Of a stretch of 64,000 nucleotides of DNA, positions 29,617 through 40,198 are shown in pieces. Every line of letters begins with the position of its first letter. Within the stretch, counting starts at the first letter, position 1. Source of the DNA: Planctomycetota bacterium (GTDB lineage Bacteria; Planctomycetota; UBA1135; UBA2386); the NCBI GenBank assembly GCA_965223545.1, contig OZ245006.1, forward strand, positions 4,288,001 through 4,352,000. The letters run 5' to 3'. The notes below the pieces were generated by a model. That model saw only the letters and a program-made list of their open reading frames with translations. It was not told where the DNA came from and did no database searches. The position numbers and the translations under genes were made by a program.

Positions 29617-31743
29617 TCACCGCCGCCGCAGAAAGATCGCGTCGCGGGGCCCGAGAGTCAGCGACCCACCCTCGACCCGGCCGTCGTTGAACGCGGGATC
29701 CTGGCCGGCCGTACCGACGATCCGCTCGAACTCGAAGCTGCCGCCGGAGCCGACCGTGAACGTGTGGTCGAAGGTCGAGGGGTTGACCATGACCAGGCCG
29801 TTCTCGAACTCGCGCTGCATCGCCGGCGTCGCCGAGTGCACGGTGAGATCTCTCAAGAAGAACGCGGCGTCGGTCTGCCCCTTGCGCAGGCGCAACTTCA
29901 AGTCGACGAGGCGCGGCAGGCCGACGCCACCCAGCGGTCCACCTGCCCTCCGCCAGTAGAACTCCGCTTCGTATGGCGTGGTGTGCGCCCAAGCCCTTGC
30001 CTGGTCGGGTGAGTAGCGGCGCGCGTTGGTCGGCTCGTCCGGGCCGATGTAGCGGTTGTGGCAGGTCATCTCCAGAACGCGAAACCGCTGGTGTGGCTCG
30101 GGAATGGCCTCGGCCCACACGGTGGCGAACACGACCAAGTCACCGGGCAGCGCGGCGAGATCGGGATACGTGATCACCACGTCCTGCGTACTGGAAGTCG
30201 GCAGGACGCGCAGCAGAGGCCCGTTCTGGTCGTAGAGCCGTTGGATCGTGCCGCCGGACACCTGCAACTTCGCCAAGAACGCGTTGGTGAGTGCAGCGCC
30301 TTCCCCGCCGAGTCGATCGGGTGTGTTCTTCGCCAGTCGCTGCGGCGGTTCCGTCGGCTGGCCGAGCCAGTTGGGCACCTGGTCGACGCCGCGCACCATC
30401 TCGTCGAACACTCCGAGCCCGAATGGGGCACCGACGTCGGGGCCTTTGAAGAAGGTCACGGACCAGTCCATCATCGGCCCCATCGCCAGCGACGAGCGGT
30501 GTGCGTGATACGGAACGTCGTCGGCCTGCCCGTCGCCATCCTCGTCGATGGCGTTGAACTTGTGGTTGATGTAGTTGTGGGTCGGGGTGTCGGCGTGCTC
30601 GTTCCAGAACAGCAGCCGGTTGACGCCGCTCGACCAATCGCGCAGAAAGCGCTGCCCGTCCTGGCCGCTCGGAAACCGCTCCGACTCGACGCCGCTGACG
30701 ATGCCGACACTGCGGCCGTTGCGCTGGTTCTGGTTGTCGAAGGTGAGCATGACCGACGGGTCGAGTGGCCCGATGGGCTGGCTGTAGGCGGCCCGGACGC
30801 CCTCGAGAAACTCGGCGATGCCTCGGTCGAGCGCTTCGTGGTCGTCGTCGCCGACGCCGTCGTTGTCGACGTCGAGCGCGCGCTGTTCCGAGAACGCCTT
30901 CGGGTCGCGGTTCAAGACGTCGATCTGAATGCCTTGGTAGATGCTCTCCGGCGCACTGGGGTCGTCCAGCCGGAAAGTCTGCTGCGTGTCTTGCAAGCGC
31001 GCCGCTCGGCAGCTCGCGGCGGCGTAGTTGTAGCACCAGAGCTGGGGACGGGTCGGGTCGCTGATCTTGTCGGGGTCGAAGACGTGCGCCGCGATGTATG
31101 CCCCCGCCGGGAAACTCCCCAGCGCGGTGCCGTAGAGGCCGCGCTGCAGGGACAGGGTCGAGCCGTTGATCCCGACCACTTGCGCTTGTTCGGCGTTGGC
31201 CCAGTCGCGAGCGCCCGGCGGACCGTTCACGATGACGACGTCGTCTCCGTTGCGGAATCCGCTGGTGTCCACCACATCGACCGACAGGACCACCAGCGGA
31301 TGTCCGGTCAGAGCGGTGACCGTGTTGCTCCCCGCGAAGTAGAGCCAGTCCTCGGCGGAGTACAGCGTCTGCGTCGTGCTGACCTCCGCGTTGCGCGACC
31401 GGCCGTTGACCATCGCGAACACGAACTTGCCGGGGTTGCGCGGTGCGTACTTGGTGAAGAACGCCTGCGAGTTGTGCATCCAACCCGGGCGGTTGCCGCA
31501 CAGGCCGTCGAGCAGGTTGATGCGGGCTTCCCACGGTCCGTACTCCATCGGATTGTTCGCGTCCAACCCGATGGTCGACTCGGTTGCCTGCGTGCGAAAC
31601 CAGAAGGCGCGCGGAAAGCCGTCAGCAAACAACTCGTTGCTGGTGCCTACCTGTGCCGCCGCCGGGACGGTCAGACCCAGAAGAAGCGAGGCGCAGAGGA
31701 AGGGGACGCAGAGGATCCGCGGGTCGTCGGTGTCTTGTGGCAT
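29617..31743 (-). CDS. Secreted putative glycoside-hydrolase-like protein (GHL15-like)
   Basis: Signal peptide, Ca-loop-like DVDNDG and DEDGDG, C-terminal REFENGLVMVNP reminiscent of putative GH 'GHL15' proteins. Function tentative. Confidence 0.55.
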   Translation of the reverse strand: MPQDTDDPRILCVPFLCASLLLGLTVPAAAQVGTSNELFADGFPRAFWFRTQATESTIGLDANNPMEYGPWEARINLLDGLCGNRPGWMHNSQAFFTKYAPRNPGKFVFAMVNGRSRNAEVSTTQTLYSAEDWLYFAGSNTVTALTGHPLVVLSVDVVDTSGFRNGDDVVIVNGPPGARDWANAEQAQVVGINGSTLSLQRGLYGTALGSFPAGAYIAAHVFDPDKISDPTRPQLWCYNYAAASCRAARLQDTQQTFRLDDPSAPESIYQGIQIDVLNRDPKAFSEQRALDVDNDGVGDDDHEALDRGIAEFLEGVRAAYSQPIGPLDPSVMLTFDNQNQRNGRSVGIVSGVESERFPSGQDGQRFLRDWSSGVNRLLFWNEHADTPTHNYINHKFNAIDEDGDGQADDVPYHAHRSSLAMGPMMDWSVTFFKGPDVGAPFGLGVFDEMVRGVDQVPNWLGQPTEPPQRLAKNTPDRLGGEGAALTNAFLAKLQVSGGTIQRLYDQNGPLLRVLPTSSTQDVVITYPDLAALPGDLVVFATVWAEAIPEPHQRFRVLEMTCHNRYIGPDEPTNARRYSPDQARAWAHTTPYEAEFYWRRAGGPLGGVGLPRLVDLKLRLRKGQTDAAFFLRDLTVHSATPAMQREFENGLVMVNPSTFDHTFTVGSGGSFEFERIVGTAGQDPAFNDGRVEGGSLTLGPRDAIFLRRR

Positions 31744-31795
31744 GAGTGAACTCCGTCCCCCTTGGGAACCGGAGCTCTCTCGCCGTTACGGATGA

Positions 31796-33387
31796 TCAGC
31801 GCGCCGGCGGCTCGACGACGGTGCCGACGATCGGAATGGGCTGCATGACCCGCGCGATGGGCACGGCTTGCGGACGCGCCCGGCGGCGAGTGACCCTCAA
31901 GTAGTCGTCGAGGTAGTTCCACGTCGCCAGGCTGTCGTTGGTGTCCGGCTCGAGCAGGTAGCCGATGAGGTTGGACTTCGGTTGCGCCATCGGCACGAAG
32001 AAGGCGCCGGCCTTGTACTTCTTCTCTTCGCGCCGCGCTTCGGTGACGACGCGGCGCAACTGGTGCCCCTGGTAGGGGCGGCGTTGGGTGACCTCGGTGG
32101 CGTACAGCGCGTCGACTTCGGCTTTCAGTTTGTCGTCGAGGCGGATGACGCTGATCTCGTGGTCGAGCAGTGCGTCGACCACGCCGGTGAGCTTGGCGGG
32201 AAGCAGGTATCCCCACGGGCGGGTGATCGTCATCGTCGGATCGAACCGCGTCATCACCTGGCCGCGGACCTTGCGGTAGCCGGCCTCGCCGTCCGCATCG
32301 CGCACCCAGAAATCGTCCTCGAACTTCGCCACCTGCTCGTAGTCGATCACGAGTGTGTCGTCGTCCGACACCGATGCGCCGTTCTCGGTGGCGCGCTGCA
32401 TTGCGGCGGCGATCGCCGCCATCGTCTCCTTCGGCTGCGCCGCGGTGTGCTCGACGATCGCCAGCTGGCCGAGATACTGGCCCATCACCTGGTGCCGATA
32501 GCGCTCGTCGTTGGGGATCTCGACCACGCGCTCGCCACCATCGACGATGCGGTGTGTGCCCGAGGGGGTCTCGAACAAGAACCCGATCATGTTGGCCATG
32601 GTCGAGTAGACGTGCTGCTTGCGCGGTTCGACCGACGTGGGGACCCACCGCCAGTCTTCGCCTTCGCGGCGCGGCCCGGAGTACCAATAGCCGTCGTAGT
32701 CCGCGGCGCGCAGCCTGCGCTGCACCGCGGGTAGGAACTGCTCGTTGCGATGCGAATCAGCTCGGCATCCCCCGCCGGGTTCATGCACGTTTGGTAGACC
32801 AGGGTGTAGGGCGCCGAGCCCCCGTTGTGGGTGTCGACGTGGACGTGCGGTTGCCACGGGTTGATGACGCGAGTGACGAGCCCGCGGATCTCCGGGGACT
32901 CGAGCTTGAGGTAGTCGCGGTTGAGGTCGAGGCCTTGCGTGTTCGTGCGCTGTCGCCGCTCGGCGCCGTCGGGGTTGACGTTGGGCACGATGAGTACCAC
33001 GACCTCTCGCAAGAGACCGCGGTGCTCGCCGATGGCGAGGTCGCGCAGCAGCATCAGCGTCGCGTCTTTGCCGGCGACTTCGCCGCCGTGCACGTTGCTG
33101 ACGATCAACACGATGGGCTTGCCCGCGTTGGCGGCGTCGGCGGGCCGGCGCACCGGTGGATCGGAGAGTGCGCACAGGATGACTCGATGGTCATCGGGAG
33201 TCTCGGCCACGTCGCTGACACTGAGCAGCGGAGACTGGGCCTGGAGTGCGGCGATGAACTCCATCATCGGCTCGTACATCGTCGGCCCGCGGCGAAACTC
33301 GGTGGCCTCCGCCGGCGTCGGCAGAGTCTGGGCCGAGAGGGGAGCGAAGCCGGCGATGACGCCGACGGCGAGACAAGTGCGGCGCAT
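31796..33387 (-). pseudogene. M14 zinc carboxypeptidase interrupted by a 1-nt frameshift at ~32747
   Basis: The N-part (HGGE, DLNRDY, DTHNG) and C-part (NEQFLPAVQ...FLFETP...YLLEP) lie in different frames. The junction reads ATC GC- AAC GAG. Could be a sequencing indel. Confidence 0.8.
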
Positions 33388-33450
33388 GCCGGCAGGCTAA
33401 CCGATGTCGGGGCGCGGAGCGCTGCCACGCTCCCGCCGCCGAGCCCGCTG

Positions 33451-34488
33451 TCAGGTGTCGCCGCGCACCGAGAAGTGCTTGAGGTCGCCGGTGCCGTAGA
33501 GCACGTGCGCGCGCCGGGAGCGCCGGGCGCCGCTGCCGGAGGCGTAGTACCACTCGCAGTCGTAGAGGCGAACGCGGAACGACGTGCGCCAGGTGCCGAG
33601 CTTCTTGTAGCGGAACTCGAACTCGTAGGTGCCGCTGACGCACGCCGTGACCGCCCACATCCACAAGCAGTATCGTTGGACGTACGGGTTGCCGGTGAGA
33701 TTGGTCCAGCAGTAGGAGAAGTCGGGGTTGCCGGTGCAGTGGTTGTTGATGAACCACGACGAGCTCATGCAGCCGCCGCGCAGCATCGGTGCCCGCGGCG
33801 GGTCTACCGACACGTCGGTCGCGGCGTCGACCGCTGCGAGGGGACTCTGTCGCGCGGCGTCGTCGGCGCGCGCTTGCGCCGCGCGCAGCGTCGCCGGTGC
33901 GGGCAGACCGCTGGTCGTCTCGTACAAGGTCACCGCATCGAGCTGGCCGGTGCGGTGGGCCTCGAGCCACGGCGGCTTCGGGCCGCTGCCGCCGGCGGCG
34001 ACCAGCAGCTCGCCTGGCTCGACTTCGATGAACAAGACCCGATTGCCGTCGCCGAGGTCGACCTGGGCCAGCAGCTCGCCCTCGTGCTGCAAGCGCGGGG
34101 CCGGCTCCACAGCGATCGGCGGCGACAGCCGCAGCGCCGCGCCAGCTTGTGCCGCCTGTGCGAAGAGTCCGGGAGGCACGCTCGCCGGATCCAACGCGAG
34201 GGTGGCGGCACCGGCTCCGTCGCGGTGGAGCGGCACGATCAACGGGTTGTCGAGGGCCAGCCGGCAGCCGCTGACCGCCAGCGGGCTCTCGCCCGAGTCG
34301 GTGCCGAGCAAGATCGCGATCGGTTGCCGGGCTGCTCCGTTGTCGACACGCAGCGCGATCTTGCCGGCGGCGGCGGCGTTCTCGATTCGGAGATCGCAGG
34401 CCCGATTCTGCGCGGACGTTTGCGCAGCTGCCGCGGCGGCCAACAGCGCGCCGGAGGTGAGGGAGATCACAGAGTGGGTCGTGGCCAT
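33451..34488 (-). CDS. Secreted protein: shared domain + propeptide-like segment + Cys/aromatic-rich C-terminal domain
   Basis: Signal peptide MATTHSV...AAAAAQ. The C-terminal ~105 aa carry 6 Cys and many W/Y. Confidence 0.75.
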   Translation of the reverse strand: MATTHSVISLTSGALLAAAAAAQTSAQNRACDLRIENAAAAGKIALRVDNGAARQPIAILLGTDSGESPLAVSGCRLALDNPLIVPLHRDGAGAATLALDPASVPPGLFAQAAQAGAALRLSPPIAVEPAPRLQHEGELLAQVDLGDGNRVLFIEVEPGELLVAAGGSGPKPPWLEAHRTGQLDAVTLYETTSGLPAPATLRAAQARADDAARQSPLAAVDAATDVSVDPPRAPMLRGGCMSSSWFINNHCTGNPDFSYCWTNLTGNPYVQRYCLWMWAVTACVSGTYEFEFRYKKLGTWRTSFRVRLYDCEWYYASGSGARRSRRAHVLYGTGDLKHFSVRGDT

Positions 34489-34607
34489 GGTCGTGTCCTG
34501 GTCGTTGGGCGCCGCGGGGCGGCGCGGCTCACCGTCCGGAACGCCTTCGTTCCAGCAGTCCCAAGGTCCAATCCGCACCGGTGGGCAGATATCTTCTCCG
34601 GGCCGGC

Positions 34608-37058
34608 ATGAAGGTCATCGTCGCTGAGAAGCCGTCCGTCGCGCGTGACCTCGCACGCCACCTCGGGGCGCGCAACCGGCGCGAGGGCGCGATCGAGGGC
34701 AACGGCTGGATCGTGAGCTGGGCGCTCGGTCACTTGGCGGAGCTGAAGACGCCGGACGAGTACGACCCCGCGCTCAAGCGATGGACGCTGGAGGCGCTGC
34801 CGTTCGTGCCCGCCAAGTTCGAGCTGCGTCCGGCGGGCGACGCGGCGGCGCGCCGCCAGCTGGAGATCGTCGCGGCGCATTGTCGAGACGCGGACGAGCT
34901 GGTGTGCGCTACCGATGCCGGCCGCGAAGGCGAGTTGATCTTTCGTTACCTGCTCGAGATCGCCGGTTGTCCGGGGCGCGCGTTCCAGAGACTTTGGCTG
35001 AGCGCGCTCACCGACGAGGCGATCCGCGGCGCGTTCGCCAACTTGCGGCCGGGCGGCGACTACGAGCCGCTGCACGATGCGGCGCGCAGCCGTAGTGAAG
35101 CCGATTGGATCGTCGGTCTCAACGCGACGCGGGCGTTCACCGTGTGCTATGGCGGCGGCCGCGTGCTGTGGAGTGTCGGCCGGGTGCAGACGCCAGTGCT
35201 GGCGTTGATCGCGGCGCGGGACGACGAGATTCGGGTGTTCGTCGCGGCGCGCTTCTGGGAGCTGCGGACTCGCTATCGCGACGTGCGCTTCAAGCACAAG
35301 GGCGAGCGCTTCTTCGACCGCGAAGCGGCAGACGCGATGCTGCAGCGCGTGCGCGGGACCGAGCTGGAGGTGACCGCCGTCCAGTGCAAGCGGGAGAGCC
35401 AGCCGCCGCCGCTGCTGTACGACCTGACCCAGCTACAGCGCGATCTCAATCTTCGGCACGGCATGCCCGCCGCCAGAACACTGCAGCTGGCACAAGAGCT
35501 CTACGAGCGCAAGCTGCTGACCTATCCGCGCACCGACTGCCGGCACTTGCCGGCGAGCATGCTGGAGCCGGTGCGGGGCACCTTGAAGTCGTTGGCGCGG
35601 TGGCGTCCGGCGATCGCCGAGCGCGTCGATGCCGACGCGATCGAAGCCCGGCGCCGCGTGTTCGACGACGGCAAGGTCAGCGACCACCACGCCATCGTGC
35701 CGACCGGCAAGCTGCCCGCGGACCTGGCGCCGGACGCGGCTTCGGTCTTCGAGGCCGTCGCCCGCCGGCTGGTGCAGGTGTTCATGGCCGACAAGGACCA
35801 GGAGGTCACCACCGTCGAGGCGCAGTGTGCGGGGGTGCCGTTCCGCGCCCGCGGCGTGCGCGTTCTCGAACCGGGTTGGACGGCGCTCGAGCCGGCGGTC
35901 GCGACCCGCCGCAAGGTCGGCAAGAAGCAGGCCGAGGACGAGGATGACCAGCAGGTTCTGCCCGAGTTCGAGGCGGGGGAGCGCGGCCCGCACGCGCCGG
36001 AGCTGCATCAGGGCGACACCAAGCCGCCGCGGCCGTACACCGAGAACACGCTGCTCGGGGCGATGGAAACCGCGGGCAAGCTGGTCGACGACGAGGCGTT
36101 GCGCGAAGCGCTCAAGGAGCGGGGGCTCGGCACCCCGGCGACGCGGGCGGCGATCGTGGAGACCCTGTTGAGTCGGGGTTACATCACGCGCGAGAAGAAG
36201 GCGCTGCGGGTCACCGATCTCGGCCGCTACCTGGTCGCCATCGTGCGCGATCCGCTGTTGAAGTCGCCCGAGCTGACCGGTGGTTGGGAGCAGAAGCTCA
36301 AGCAGATCGAGGCGGGTGCCGCCGCGCGCGCCGACTTCATGCGGGACATCGTCGGCTATATCGAGCAGCTGATCGGCGAGGGCGTGACGCCGCAAAGGAT
36401 CGACGGCTTGGGCCGGTGCCCGCGCTGCAGCCGGCCGATGGTCGAAGGCCGCGAGGCGTTCGGTTGCTCGGGCTGGAGCGAGGGCTGCGAGTACAAGCTG
36501 TCGAAGACCTACCGCGGCGCGACGTTGACCGCGCGGATCGTGGGTGAGCTGATGCAGCGGCGCGTCTGCCTGGCACCGGTGCGGCTGGAAGAGGACGGCG
36601 CCCGCGTGCTGTGTCTCACTGCGAGTGGGGCCGTGATCGACGTGGCGCAGCCCAGCCGCGACGCCCAGGCGCGTGGCCGAGGTGCGGCCCAGCGTGCCGG
36701 CCGCCGGCAGCGGGCGGCCAAGAGCACCGCGCGCCGCGCGCCGGCTGCCAAGAGCGCCGGCACCAAACGGAAACGACGGGCAACCGCGGTCGAGCTTCCG
36801 CCATGCCCAGCGTGCCGGCGTCCCTTGGTCGAGGGGCAGCGGGGCTACGGCTGCTCGGGTTGGCAGCAGGGCTGCAAGTTCGTGGTGTGGAAGGCGATCG
36901 CCGGAAAGTCGATCGGTGCGGCGCTGGTCCGCACGCTGGTGAGCAAGGGCAAGACCCGGCTGCTGACCGGTTTCGTCGATGACGCAGGGGCGGAGTTCCG
37001 TGCGCGGTTGCGCATCGAGGGCAACGCGGTCCGGCTCGAGCGCGAGGCCGAGAGTTGA
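34608..37058 (+). CDS. topB: DNA topoisomerase III (type IA)
   Basis: VAEKPSVA, DAGREGE, GRVQTP, TYPRTD, GLGTPATRA, C-terminal Cys repeats. Confidence 0.95.
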   Translation: MKVIVAEKPSVARDLARHLGARNRREGAIEGNGWIVSWALGHLAELKTPDEYDPALKRWTLEALPFVPAKFELRPAGDAAARRQLEIVAAHCRDADELVCATDAGREGELIFRYLLEIAGCPGRAFQRLWLSALTDEAIRGAFANLRPGGDYEPLHDAARSRSEADWIVGLNATRAFTVCYGGGRVLWSVGRVQTPVLALIAARDDEIRVFVAARFWELRTRYRDVRFKHKGERFFDREAADAMLQRVRGTELEVTAVQCKRESQPPPLLYDLTQLQRDLNLRHGMPAARTLQLAQELYERKLLTYPRTDCRHLPASMLEPVRGTLKSLARWRPAIAERVDADAIEARRRVFDDGKVSDHHAIVPTGKLPADLAPDAASVFEAVARRLVQVFMADKDQEVTTVEAQCAGVPFRARGVRVLEPGWTALEPAVATRRKVGKKQAEDEDDQQVLPEFEAGERGPHAPELHQGDTKPPRPYTENTLLGAMETAGKLVDDEALREALKERGLGTPATRAAIVETLLSRGYITREKKALRVTDLGRYLVAIVRDPLLKSPELTGGWEQKLKQIEAGAAARADFMRDIVGYIEQLIGEGVTPQRIDGLGRCPRCSRPMVEGREAFGCSGWSEGCEYKLSKTYRGATLTARIVGELMQRRVCLAPVRLEEDGARVLCLTASGAVIDVAQPSRDAQARGRGAAQRAGRRQRAAKSTARRAPAAKSAGTKRKRRATAVELPPCPACRRPLVEGQRGYGCSGWQQGCKFVVWKAIAGKSIGAALVRTLVSKGKTRLLTGFVDDAGAEFRARLRIEGNAVRLEREAES

Positions 37059-37061
37059 TCG

Positions 37062-38237
37062 CTACGACTCGGCCGGCCTGCAGCCCGGATCGACCTCGGA
37101 GTAGCCGGGAAACGGCGCGCCTTCCGCGCAGCAGCGGCAGTTCGGGTCGGGGCGCTGCCCGACTTCCATGAACGCCGCCCGCAGGGCGTCGTACACCAAC
37201 AGGCGGCCGACCAGCGGATCGCCGCGACCGAGCAAGATCTTGATGGTCTCGACGGCTTGCAACGTGCCGATCACGCCGGGTAACACGCCCAGCACTCCGG
37301 CTTCGGCGCAGGACGGGGCGAGTTCCGGCGGAGGGGGCTCTGGATACAAGCAGCGATAGCACGGGCCGCGCGCCGCACCCAAGCGCGCCGGCCAGAGCAC
37401 GGTGACCTGGCCTTCGAAACGATAGATCGAGCCGTGCACGTTGGGCAGGCCGAGCTTGACGCACGCGTCGTTGATCAAGTAGCGCGTGGCGAAGTTGTCC
37501 GCGCCGTCGACGACCACGTCGTAGCCGGCGAAGACCTCCTCGACGCATTCCGCGGTGAGCCGGCGCTGGATCGCACGAATCTCGACGTCCGGGTTCAGTC
37601 GTTCGAGCGTGCGCCGGGCGGACTCTGTCTTCGGCTGCCCGATGGTGTCCTCGCCGTGCAGGATCTGGCGCTGCAGGTTGCTCCGGTCGACGACGTCGTC
37701 GTCGACGATGCCGAGTGTGCCGACGCCGGCTGCGGCGAGATACAAGGCCGCCGGTGAGCCGAGGCCGCCCGCGCCGATCAGCAGCACGCGGGCGCGGCGC
37801 AGCCGCAGCTGGCCCGCCTCGCCGACCTCTGGAATCGCCAGATGGCGCGCGTAGCGCTGCCGCGCTAGGGCGTCGAGCTGCTCGGGAACCTCGCATGGCA
37901 GGCCGGCAGCTTGCCAGTCGCGATAGCCGCCGTCGACCGACACAACGTTGGTGTACCCCAACCGCTGGAGGTCGTCGGCGGCGAACAAAGAGCGCACTCC
38001 GCCGCCGCAGAGCACCAACAGCTCTGCATCGCTCGTCGAGGCGTGGCGCTCGATGGACAGCTCGAGGAAGCCGCGCCCGAGGCGCAGCGCTCCCGATGGG
38101 CTGCCGGCGGCGACCTCGTCGGCTTCGCGCACGTCGATCAACAACGCACCGTCGCGTTGGCGGCGGTGTGCCTCTGCTGGGGAGCACTGGCGAACGCGTT
38201 GGCGGAGCTCGGCCAGCCGCTGGTCCTTGAGGTTCAC
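37062..38237 (-). CDS. moeB: Rhodanese + MoeB/ThiF adenylyltransferase (MoeZ-like)
   Basis: Rhodanese CGGGVRS, then RYARH, GAGGLGSP, SNLQRQ, DGADNF, CYRC...CRCC. Confidence 0.92.
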   Translation of the reverse strand: MNLKDQRLAELRQRVRQCSPAEAHRRQRDGALLIDVREADEVAAGSPSGALRLGRGFLELSIERHASTSDAELLVLCGGGVRSLFAADDLQRLGYTNVVSVDGGYRDWQAAGLPCEVPEQLDALARQRYARHLAIPEVGEAGQLRLRRARVLLIGAGGLGSPAALYLAAAGVGTLGIVDDDVVDRSNLQRQILHGEDTIGQPKTESARRTLERLNPDVEIRAIQRRLTAECVEEVFAGYDVVVDGADNFATRYLINDACVKLGLPNVHGSIYRFEGQVTVLWPARLGAARGPCYRCLYPEPPPPELAPSCAEAGVLGVLPGVIGTLQAVETIKILLGRGDPLVGRLLVYDALRAAFMEVGQRPDPNCRCCAEGAPFPGYSEVDPGCRPAES

Positions 38238-38761
38238 CCTCGCCCTCCCGCGCCGGGGTTCGATGGCTCGTGCATGACGACCGACAACGTAGCGCGGCCG
38301 ACGCCGGCATGCGGGCGACGACCGGCGAGCGTGACGCCGAGCTCGGTGCAGTGCCCCGCGCCACCGTGCCACCACGCGCGCAACCGGCGGCGGCATCGGC
38401 CCGCCGCGGTGGCCGTGGGGACGGTGATCAGGACGATGCTCGCCGGCCAGGCCGCCCGTTTGTCGGCGACCGAGGGCTGAATGGAGCCGTTCGGGTGGCT
38501 GTGCCAGGTGCCGAGCACCTGCCAACCCCGACGCGCGGCGCGGTCCGCCAGCCGTAGCCACGCGACGCCGTCCACGCGAAATCCGCGTTCCGGGTCCGCG
38601 GCCGTATTGGTGGTGACGACCGCGGCGTGCAGCCGAGCCCGCGGCGTCGCGACCGCGCCGAACAGCACGCCGCAGCTCTCTTCGGGCATCGCGCGGTCGG
38701 TCCATCGCGCCAGTGCGGCACGGGCCCGCGCACCGACCCAGAGTTCTCGCGGTGCACTCAC
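38234..38761 (-). CDS. JAB/Mov34 (M67, Mec-like) metallopeptidase
   Basis: EESCG and JAMM motif WHSHP...PSVAD. GTGA overlaps on both sides. Confidence 0.88.
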   Translation of the reverse strand: MSAPRELWVGARARAALARWTDRAMPEESCGVLFGAVATPRARLHAAVVTTNTAADPERGFRVDGVAWLRLADRAARRGWQVLGTWHSHPNGSIQPSVADKRAAWPASIVLITVPTATAAGRCRRRLRAWWHGGAGHCTELGVTLAGRRPHAGVGRATLSVVMHEPSNPGAGGRG

Positions 38762-39234
38762 CGGCCGTTGTCCTCGACGCGGCGAAGATACACCTGACAG
38801 CGCGCCGTCGCGCAGCACTCGCCGCTGGCGTCGATCGCGTGCGCACTGTGCGCCTGCACCGCCTTGCCGTCGCGCTCGATCGCCGCCGCAGCCCTCTCGA
38901 TCGCGTCGTCGTCGAGCTGGTAGTCGATGGTCAGGTGGGACTTGGCCGGCTTGAGGTAGTCCACTTCGGCGGCCTTGAGCCAGACCTGGAGATCCTGTCC
39001 CCGGCGGGCGAACACCTGCCAGTAGAGCAACGCGTAGATCGGATCGAAGCCGGTGAAGATGGCTCCGCCAAAGGTGGTGCCGTTGAGGTTGCGCGTCAAG
39101 AGACTGCGGCGCACCTGCACCTGGCAGCTGCGGAACCCGGCGCCGAACTCGACGATGCGCACGCGGTGGAACAGCATCGGGGGGTACAGGTTCAGCAGCC
39201 AGCGGAAGCTGCGCTCGGACATGATGCGGGCCAT
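38758..39234 (-). CDS. Hot-dog fold thioesterase-like protein (DUF4442/PaaI-like)
   Basis: NLYPP...NLNGTTFGG...DPIY...VWLKAAEVDYLKP. Confidence 0.85.
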   Translation of the reverse strand: MARIMSERSFRWLLNLYPPMLFHRVRIVEFGAGFRSCQVQVRRSLLTRNLNGTTFGGAIFTGFDPIYALLYWQVFARRGQDLQVWLKAAEVDYLKPAKSHLTIDYQLDDDAIERAAAAIERDGKAVQAHSAHAIDASGECCATARCQVYLRRVEDNGR

Positions 39235-39247
39235 CGCGCTGCGCAGC

Positions 39248-40198
39248 CTAACCCAACCGGCGGGGGACGCGATGGTCGGCCAGGGCGTGAAACGCCCACA
39301 CCGTGCTCACCACCGCCAGCGCCGGAAACACCCACACGTGCCAAACTCCGTGCAGAGCGGGTTCTTTGCTGCGGGCGAGGATCGTCCCCCACGACTCGTT
39401 GCCGCCCAGGCCCAAGAATGCGAGTGTGGCCTCGATGACGATGGCGCCGGCGAACAAGAACGCGGCGTTGACGCGGATCGGTCCCGCGGCGTTGGGCAGG
39501 ATGTGGTGGCTGAGGATGCGCCACGAGCTGACCCCGAGCCCGCGCGCCGCCAGGACGAATTCGCGCTCGCGAAGCCCGAGCACCTCGCCGCGGACCAGCC
39601 TGGCGAACGTTGTCCAGAACACGCCGCCGAGAATGATCATCACCGCCAGCGGCGAGTTGCCGAACAGGGCGGCCGCGATGAGCACGGCGAACAGGCCGGG
39701 GAAGCAGAGAAAGATCTCGATCAACAGCGAGATCACCGCGTCGATCCAGCCGCCGTGATACCCCGCCAGCGCTCCGAGCGGCACGCCGATCAGGGCGCTG
39801 AGCAGGACGGTCCCCGCGGCGATGTAGAAAGCGGTCTGCGTTCCCCACAGGATCCGCGACAGCAGGTCTCGCCCGACGTCGTCGATGCCGAACGGGTGTT
39901 CCAGGCTGGGTGGCTCGTTGCGGCGTTCGATGGCGCGGTCCATCAGCGGGCCGTATGGCCACGGCGGCATCACTGCCCAGTCATCGCTGTCGGTCGGCAG
40001 CGCCGCCCACCATTCGTTCCAGGTCTCGATCCGGTCCCGATAGGGGCCGATCGCGGCTTGCCCGGTGTAGGACGCGAACGCCGGGAAGCGCAGCGCGCCG
40101 TCGATCCGGGCGACGATCGGCACGTCGTTGGCGATCAAGGGGGCGAGCAGGGCGATGGCGAACAGCAGGCCGACCCACGCTGCAGCGATCCGCTTCAT
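39248..40198 (-). CDS. Peptide/nickel ABC permease (DppC/OppC-like)
   Basis: HPFGIDDVGRDLLSR, EFVLAARGLG, HILPN, LAFLGLG. Confidence 0.93.
   Translation of the reverse strand: MKRIAAAWVGLLFAIALLAPLIANDVPIVARIDGALRFPAFASYTGQAAIGPYRDRIETWNEWWAALPTDSDDWAVMPPWPYGPLMDRAIERRNEPPSLEHPFGIDDVGRDLLSRILWGTQTAFYIAAGTVLLSALIGVPLGALAGYHGGWIDAVISLLIEIFLCFPGLFAVLIAAALFGNSPLAVMIILGGVFWTTFARLVRGEVLGLREREFVLAARGLGVSSWRILSHHILPNAAGPIRVNAAFLFAGAIVIEATLAFLGLGGNESWGTILARSKEPALHGVWHVWVFPALAVVSTVWAFHALADHRVPRRLG

Noticed and set aside
37062..38761. JAB + E1-like pair as a CBASS/ubiquitin-like defence system
   Set aside because: No nucleotidyltransferase, E2 or effector is present. The E1 is a rhodanese-MoeB typical of sulfur transfer.
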